From Chthoniobacteraceae bacterium (lineage in GTDB: Bacteria; Verrucomicrobiota; Verrucomicrobiia; Chthoniobacterales; Chthoniobacteraceae), in assembly GCA_040081625.1 (NCBI GenBank), contig JBEBGD010000010.1:31665-95664 (forward strand): a stretch of DNA of 64,000 nucleotides. The letters are read 5' to 3'. Numbering within the stretch: the first letter of the stretch is position 1; each line of letters opens with the position of its first letter. A model generated the notes under the pieces. It did no database searches, was not told the DNA's origin, and saw only the letters and a list, made by a program, of their open reading frames with translations. Below, one piece after another: positions 8,909-15,600 of the stretch. The position numbers were made by a program, and so were the translations under genes.

Positions 8909-8995
8909 TTTCCGCCGCCCCGTCCGGGGCGGATGCCGGTGACGAGGTATCCGGTGGCTGGCGCCACCGGCTAATTTCCGTCGAGCCTTCGGCTC
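8909..8995 (-). repeat. Right REP-like arm (inverted relative to the left arm)
   Basis: Hairpin gcccc-gtcc-ggggc; atccggtggctggcgccaccggctaatttccgtc is the exact reverse complement of the left core; hairpin gagcc-ttc-ggctc. Confidence 0.85.
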
Positions 8996-9018
8996 TTCAT
9001 CTGCAAAAAATCACTCCG

Positions 9019-9363
9019 CGCATCCTCCCGCAAATCATCTTCAAGGGCCACGTGCTCCGGCAGGAACCGCTTTGCAAAAAGGGGATGTATTTCATCTGCC
9101 CCGGTCCCGTTTACCAAAGGATCATCACACGGCTCGGCGGCACGCTGCGCCCTTACCATCAGCAGCCCGGCTCGCTGACGTTCCGCTGGTATGACCTCGG
9201 CGATGTCAGCGCGCCGGGACAGCCGCGCGCGCTCGAAGTCGCAGGACAGATGACAACGACTGTGGATCAGATTGCGCTCGTGTTCACGCCACCGCAAAAC
9301 TTGCCGCAGCCACGCGTGTATGAGGAAGCGATTCGCACGGAGTTAGGAACGATGGCGCCGTAG
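9019..9363 (+). pseudogene. C-terminal remnant of a NotI-family restriction endonuclease
   Basis: RILPQIIFKGHVLRQEPLCKKGMYFICPGPVYQRI matches my recollection of the NotI-family C-terminal half; no start or N-terminus; lies directly before vsr. Confidence 0.65.
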
Positions 9364-9368
9364 CGGCG

Positions 9369-9800
9369 ATGGTGGACATTTTCAGCAGCGCGCAGCGCAG
9401 CGTGGTCATGTCGCTCATCCGCTCGCGCGGAAATCGCGGCACGGAATTGAGAATGATAGCGCTGCTTCGCGCGCATGGCCTCACGGGCTGGCGGCGCGGA
9501 GCGCCGCTGCCCGGCTCGCCCGACTTCGTCTTTCGCGCAGCGAATCTCGCGCTGTTTGTCGATGGCTGTTTCTGGCACGGCTGCCCTCGCCACGGACGGC
9601 TGCCCGGCTCTCGCCGCGGATACTGGCTGCCGAAGCTCGCGCGTAACAAATCCCGCGACCGCGCCGTGACCCGTGCGCTGCGCGCAGCGGGATGGCGGGT
9701 GGTGCGCGTGTGGGAATGCGCGTTGAGTGCCAAGCGGCAGGCGGCGACGATGCGGCGGATCGCGCGGGCGCTGGGGCGGGTGGACGTGAAGAAGGCGTAG
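9369..9800 (+). CDS. vsr: Very short patch repair endonuclease
   Basis: DIFSSAQRSVVMSLIRSRGN..TE, LPGSPDFVF, FVDGCFWHGCP, GWRVVRVWEC. Confidence 0.95.
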   Translation: MVDIFSSAQRSVVMSLIRSRGNRGTELRMIALLRAHGLTGWRRGAPLPGSPDFVFRAANLALFVDGCFWHGCPRHGRLPGSRRGYWLPKLARNKSRDRAVTRALRAAGWRVVRVWECALSAKRQAATMRRIARALGRVDVKKA

Positions 9801-9919
9801 TCGGCTCGGCTGAATTTGAGGGCGCTTCTGGAGACGCCTGTGTGGGAGCGGCTTTTCGTCCGGTTGGCGTGTGCCCCGCCATCCGCGCACCGTGCACGGG
9901 CGGGTTTCAGTCTCACCGC

Positions 9920-10146
9920 CGCCTCGTGCATGGTGCAGGAGGCGGGGATGAGGCTTGCGGGCGGCATTTGCACGGTGCAGCAGACGATTTCAGGCGCTCC
10001 CACGGCTCGTGCATGGTGCATTGGGCGGTGGGGAGGCTCGCCACCGGCTCGTGCATGGTGCGCGAGGCGTGGGGTTCACGATCCCCCGGCCCGTGCACGG
10101 CCCGCAGGGGGCGTGGTTCGTGGCTGCCCGGCTCGTGCGCAAAGGG
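9920..10146. repeat. Degenerate tandem array, 42-bp period, core CGGCTCGTGCAYGGTGCA
   Basis: Units start at 9920, 9962, 10003, 10045, 10087 and 10129 (spacings 42, 41, 42, 42, 42). Confidence 0.85.
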
Positions 10147-10153
10147 TGGAAAA

Positions 10154-10489
10154 GCGACGCTGCACACGGCGGTGAGCGATGCGCGGGAGGGCGTGGGCAG
10201 GGCGCCGCAGAAGACCGCGGACAAGCTGCTGCTGCGCGAGCCGGCGGAGGCGAAGTTTCGGATGCGGTTCCGCGCGGTGATCAGTGAGTTGGAGGCCGGG
10301 CTGCTCGACGATGAGGATTCGCGCTGGTGTCAGTTCGGCCTGAACCGGTCGGCGGACCCGGCGACGCAGGGCGTGCCGGGCGATGTGGTGGTGACGGGGC
10401 TCGGCGGCGGGCGGGCGCTCGTGCAGGTGGGGTTTTCGCGCCGGACAAATTCGCGGAATTTCTACAAGCAGGTGGTCGGCGTGGATGAC
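10154..10489 (+). pseudogene. Internal fragment of a helical + FN3-like hypothetical protein
   Basis: RMRFRAVISELEAGLLDDEDSRWCQFGLNRSADPATQGVPGDVVVTG...YKQVVGVDD is protein-like and recalls a PVC/Bacteroidota family; there is no credible start or end. Confidence 0.5.
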
Positions 10490-10508
10490 GCTCCGCGATG
10501 CGCGGTCG

Positions 10509-10841
10509 TTACGGCGAGCCAGCCGGAATCACCGTGACGGTTCCCGGTTGAAGCGATGGCAACAGCGCCAGCACTTCGGCCATCAAGGGCATCGTGTCCG
10601 CCAGTCGCGTGCTCTTCGCGGCCAGCACGACGACGGCGACGCTGGCTGCGGGAAGACGCTACTGGAATTGCAGGTTGCGGTCGCCGGTGATGAACACGTC
10701 GAATCGCTCCTGCCGCATCAGCGCGATGAGTTGCCCGTTCCTGATGCCGCTCCAACCCATGCGCGGGACCGACATGCACTCGTGGCCCGGCAGCGCACGG
10801 ACGAGCCGCCAGTCGAGACATTCGTCGATGAGCACTCTCAC
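10509..10841 (-). pseudogene. DUF5615/PIN-like toxin with an in-frame TAG at 10659-10661
   Basis: MRVLIDECL...MGWSGIRNGQL...FITGDRNLQFQ*RLPAASVAVVVLAAKSTRLADTMPL...TAA; the frame continues 50 codons past the TAG. Confidence 0.85.
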
Positions 10842-11059
10842 ACCGTCTCAAGCATCCGCAGCTTGCCGGCTTCGATCACGGCGATGAACTGCTCGCGCTT
10901 CACTGAGGGAAAGCCCTCGAGGAAATCGTCGATGGATTCGCCGCCCTCGAGCGAGTCGATCAGGTTTTGCAGCGGGACGCGCGTGCCGGCGAAGACAGGC
11001 GTGCCGCCCAGGATTTCGGGATCGGAGTGGATGATGCCCTTGAGGTCGGCGGCGCTCAT
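10838..11059 (-). CDS. DUF433 antitoxin-like protein
   Basis: IHSDPEILGGTPVFAGTRVP...GESIDDFLEGFPSV; GTGA overlap with the downstream PIN gene. Confidence 0.92.
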   Translation of the reverse strand: MSAADLKGIIHSDPEILGGTPVFAGTRVPLQNLIDSLEGGESIDDFLEGFPSVKREQFIAVIEAGKLRMLETV

Positions 11060-11238
11060 GGTGGGACGGTAGCCCGTCTCGCGATGATCGGGCAATGAAT
11101 ATACGCCGAGCAGTTTCCCTCATCGCGCGGAGCAGAAGAATCCAAGCGGCGGGGCTTGCGCCGGATGCTCGCGCTCGCTTAAACGCTTCTCCCCGCTTTT
11201 CCAGCGAACCCTCAACTCAACCGTCTCTCTCAATCATC

Positions 11239-12144
11239 ATGCCTGAAAAAATCGGATTCGTCGGCGTCGGTCGCATGGGCGCAAACATGGCGCGCCGGCT
11301 CAAGGAAGTCGGTTATCCCGTCACCGCGGTCTATGACGTGCGCGCTGCCGCCGCGAAGGAACTCGCGAAGGAACTCGGCGCGGAGGCTTGCACGAAACTC
11401 TCGCGCGTCACGGAGCTGAGCGACGTGGTGATCACCGTGGTGACCGACGACAAGGCGCAGGTCGCGATCTTCACGAACAAGAAGGACAACCTGCTCCAGG
11501 GCGCGAAGGGGCGGGTGTTCATCAACTGCGCGACGATCTCGCCGAAGACGCACGTGGCGGTGGAGAAGCTCGCGAAGAAGGCGAAGGCCGCGAGCCTCGA
11601 GGCGTGCATGGCGTCGTCGATCAACCAGGCGCGCGCGGGCACGCTCTATCTCATGTGCGGCGGCGAGAGGGCGGTGTTCGACAAGGTGAACAAGATCCTC
11701 GTCGCGCTCTCCGACGGTGGGAAACTGCTGCGCCACATCGGCAAGGCCGGGCAGGCCGCGCAGGTGAAGGCGCTCGTGAACATGGTGATGAACATCAACA
11801 CCGCCGGCCTCGCGGAGGGGCTCGGGCTCGGCGCGGCGCTGAAGCTCGACCTCAAGACGTTGATGGAAGTTTTTTCGCAGACCGGCGCGAACTCGCGTGT
11901 GCTCGTGACCGACGGCGACGACATGGTGAACCGCGATCACTCGTGCTTCTTCAGCGCCTCGCACGCCGCGAAGGACAGCGGCATCGCGCTCTCGCTCGCG
12001 AAGGAACAGAAACTCAACCTCCCGCTAGCCGCCGCCACTTTCGCCCAATACACGAAGCTCACGAAGCTCGGCCTCGGCGAACTCGACAAGAGCGGCATCG
12101 CCGAACTCACCTTCAAGGGCCGCGGCCCGAAAAAGAAAAAGTAA
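11239..12144 (+). CDS. NAD(P)-dependent oxidoreductase, 3-hydroxyisobutyrate dehydrogenase family
   Basis: KIGFVGVGRMGANMA Rossmann motif; GTLYLMCGGE; AAKDSGIA. Confidence 0.9.
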   Translation: MPEKIGFVGVGRMGANMARRLKEVGYPVTAVYDVRAAAAKELAKELGAEACTKLSRVTELSDVVITVVTDDKAQVAIFTNKKDNLLQGAKGRVFINCATISPKTHVAVEKLAKKAKAASLEACMASSINQARAGTLYLMCGGERAVFDKVNKILVALSDGGKLLRHIGKAGQAAQVKALVNMVMNINTAGLAEGLGLGAALKLDLKTLMEVFSQTGANSRVLVTDGDDMVNRDHSCFFSASHAAKDSGIALSLAKEQKLNLPLAAATFAQYTKLTKLGLGELDKSGIAELTFKGRGPKKKK

Positions 12145-12183
12145 CCCCGCAGAGCAAACCAAAAACAAAACCACATCAAAAAC

Positions 12184-12618
12184 ATGAGCACCTACGTTCC
12201 ACTAATTAGCTCCGGCACCGCCGGACCCCTCGGCGTCCTCCACCTCCCGCGCCTCTGGCTGAAGGTCTCCCTCGAAGCCGCCGGCAAACTCGCCGCGGGT
12301 TATCCCGGCATCGGCAAGGGCTATGACGGCATGACCTGCTCGGCGCTCGGCCTCAACGAAGACGCCGTGAAGAGCTACATCAAGACCAGCAAGCCGACCT
12401 ACCCGCAGTTCGAAGCGTGGGTGAAGGCGAATGGCACCTCGGTGAATGCCGACGCGATCGCCAAGCACAACGCCGCGGTGACCGGCTACCTGCACGACGA
12501 CGCGACGCGCCAGGGCATCCTCAGCGCGAACGGCTTGCCCGACGGCTCGCCGAAGGACGCCGTGAACCTAAACAATCTCGACGACTGGTTCGAGTTCCAC
12601 CAGGCGGTCCTGAAGTAA
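12184..12618 (+). CDS. DUF5069-like protein
   Basis: GPLGVLHLPRLWLK...GYDGM; AT-rich leader. Confidence 0.7.
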   Translation: MSTYVPLISSGTAGPLGVLHLPRLWLKVSLEAAGKLAAGYPGIGKGYDGMTCSALGLNEDAVKSYIKTSKPTYPQFEAWVKANGTSVNADAIAKHNAAVTGYLHDDATRQGILSANGLPDGSPKDAVNLNNLDDWFEFHQAVLK

Positions 12619-12637
12619 CCGCGAGTCTTCCGTTTCC

Positions 12638-12677
12638 AAAGCGCGTGCGGCCACCCGGTCGCACGCGCTTTTGTTTT
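12638..12677 (+). terminator. Rho-independent terminator (probably bidirectional)
   Basis: aaagcgcgtgcggcc-accc-ggtcgcacgcgcttt followed by tgtttt, between convergent genes. Confidence 0.85.
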
Positions 12678-12684
12678 GTGCCGG

Positions 12685-15600
12685 CTAGTCCGGCACCACG
12701 GTCACGCTGCCGCTCTGGCTCACGCCGAAGAACTGGCCGAGCGCCTGGTCGGACTTTTGCAGGAAGACGCCCTTGAACGCCGTCTTCCTCCCGCCCACCG
12801 GCGTGAAGCTGCCGGTGAGCAGGCCCGACTTGCTGTTGCCCGCGAGCGCGAGCGGCACGGGCGTCGTGGCGCTCAACTTGTTCTTCGTGTCGAGCAGCCC
12901 GCTGAACGCGAGCGGCGCGGCGAGGTTGCCGTCGGCCAGCGTGACGTCCGTCGCGCCGTTGTTCGCGTCGAAGGCGGTGTCGATGCGCGTGTTCGACGCG
13001 GGCCTGGTGAAGAACGACGCGACGAGATCCGAGGTCGTCGTGATGCCGGTGACGAAGAACTTCTCCCTCGGCAGATTCGCAGGCTTGAACCACTGGAGCG
13101 TGGCGGTCGCATCGGTCGCGGCGAGATTCGCAAAGGTCACGACGCCGGCGAGCGAGCCCTGGCCCTTGTAGAGGAGCGCGTAGAACTGCGTCCGGCCGTT
13201 TTCTGCGATGAAGCCGGTTGCCGACAGCTTCGCGGCGTCGGCGAGCTGGCCGCCCTTGATCTTGAACACGCCATTCTTGCCGACCGTCATCGTCGCGAAG
13301 CCGATGCCCTGCGGATTGCCGACTGCCACGCTCGTGGGCTTGAGCGCGAGCGTGAACGTCCCGGGCTGCGGATGGAGCCGCGTCTTGCCGTCGTAGAATG
13401 ACGCCTCGCCCGTGAAGGTGGAGGTGAAGCTGCCGTCATAGACCTGCCCGGCGATCGTCTGGCCGCCGTCGTCGAGCTGCATCGCGATCGCGAGCGTCGG
13501 CTGGCCTTTGCGCGCGATGGTGACGATCGCGCTGCCGAACGTGTCGAACGCGCCCTTGAAGGCGAAGGTCTTGCCGCCGAGCAGCAGCTTGCCGCTGAAG
13601 CTCGCCGTCGCGCTCTCGCTGAGCGTGAGCAGGCCGGAAGTGTCGTGCGCGCCGCCGGGATTCACGAGCGCGGCGAAGTTCACGGCGCTCGCCGTGAATG
13701 GATCGTTGCTCGTGAGCGTGACGGTCGCCGTGGTGCTCATGCCGAGCATCGAGCCATTGGTCGGCGCGCTGAGCACGACGGTGAAGCTCTCGGCGATTTC
13801 AAATGCCGTGTCGTTGAGCAGCGGCACCGTGATTGTCCTGGAAGTCTCGCCATTGGCGAAATCCAGGTCGCCCATGGTCGCGGTGTAATCTTCACCCGCG
13901 GTCGCCGTTCCATCGGCGGTCGCGAAATGGACGCTGACCGCGCCATCGGCGCCGACGGCGCGCGTGACGGTGAGCACGACACTCGCGGCAGCCTCGCCCG
14001 CGGAGTAGCTCGTGGGATTGAAGCTGAGCACGCCCGGCAGCACGAGCTGCCAGTTCAGCGTGAAGTCGCCCATCAGCGAGCCGGAGCAGTCCACGGCGAT
14101 CGAGTAGCTCGCGCCCGCCATGGCGGGGAAGCTGATCGTCGCGGGGCTGCCGGCGTTCGAGGCCAGCGACGTGAGCGTGCCGACAGACATCCCGGTGTAG
14201 GCGGCCAGAGCCGTCGGCACGGTGCTGCCCGTCGTATCGAAGGTCACGGTGCCCGTCGCCGGCGCCGTCCAGCGATACCAGAGCGACGCGACGCCGTTCG
14301 AGCCGGCGTGGTTCGGTTCGCCCGGCTGCGAACTCGCGCCGGTGTTGTCGCCGAAGATCGTGCCGAACGGTCCGCTCAGCGCGACGGCATTGGCGAAGTC
14401 GTCGTTGCCGGGATTGTCCTCCGCGTCGTTGATCGTCAGCGCGATGATATCGCCCGGCCCGTAGAGGATGAGCGCGCCGCCGGTCGGATCGCTCAGGATC
14501 AGCCGGATCGTCTCCGGCCCCTCGAGCAGCGCGTCGGGCAGGATCGGCACGTCCACGGTCTGGCTGGTGATGCCATCGGCGAAGTTCACGACCTGATTCA
14601 CCGCCGTGAAATCCCCGCCCGATGCGGCTGTAATGCCCGCGGTGGAGAAGCTCACCGAGATCGCGCCGGCGCTGCCGTTGTTGCGCACGATGGTGATCGT
14701 CGCCGGGCCGCCATCCTCATTCACCACGAGCCCTGTGGAGGCAAAGCTCAGCAGCCCCGCGCTGGTGAAGTCGAGCGACACGACGAAGTTCGGACTGCCG
14801 CCCGTCGCATTCACCTGGATCAAATAAGTCGTGCCCGATGCCGCGACGAAGGTCGTGCCGGTGACGTAGCTGACCGGCGCGAGATTGCCCAGCGCGGTGC
14901 CGGTGAAGACGTTGAAGGAATGATCCGCGTCGCCGATGCCGACCATCGCGACGCCTGCGGCCGGCGCGGTCCATTGATACCACGCCGACTGGCTCGGCGA
15001 GCCGGGTTCGTCCATCTCGATCGTCGCGCCGTCGCTGAACCCGGCTGCGATCGGGTTGCTCCCCGCGAGCACCGCGGCGCTGGCGAAGTTGTCGTTCGCC
15101 GGCGGTGTGGCGTCGTCGTCGTCGTCGAGGATCGACACGTCGATGTTGTTGGGATCGAGCGGCGAGAGAATGGCTCCGGTCGCGTTCGAGAGCTCGACGG
15201 CGAAGGATTCGTCGCCCTCGACCAGCATGTCGCTGGCGATCGGGATGATGATCGTCTGCGTCGTCTCGGTCGGGTTGAAGGTGACCGTGCCCATGCTCGC
15301 GGTGTAGTCGGCGGGTGAAGTCGCGCTGTTATCGAACATCTCGAAATCCACCGTCGAGGTGCCGGTCGTCGAGCCGCTGCGCGTGAGCGTGAGCACGAGG
15401 TTTCCGCCCGCCACATTCTCCGCCACCTGCACGTCCGTGCTCGCGACGCTGATGAGGCTGCCGGTCGGGTCGGTCGTGTAGCTCAAGCTGAACGGGCCGG
15501 AGCTGCCGGCGAAGCCGCCCACCTGAATGCGATACGTGGTCCCTGACGCGGCGGTGAAGGAGACTCTGCTCGCGAGGCCGGTAAAGTCGTCGTTCTCACC

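Larger units (their letters stand above)
8362..8995. mobile_element. REPtron-like unit: IS200-family Y1 transposase flanked by inverted palindromic REP-like arms
   Basis: Perfect 34-bp inverted repeat at 8375-8408 and 8949-8982, plus accessory hairpins on each side of tnpA. Confidence 0.8.

Noticed and set aside
9920..10146. CRISPR array interpretation of the 42-bp repeats
   Set aside because: The core is only about 18 bp and degenerate, the linkers are related to each other, and there are no cas genes or AT-rich leader in the window.
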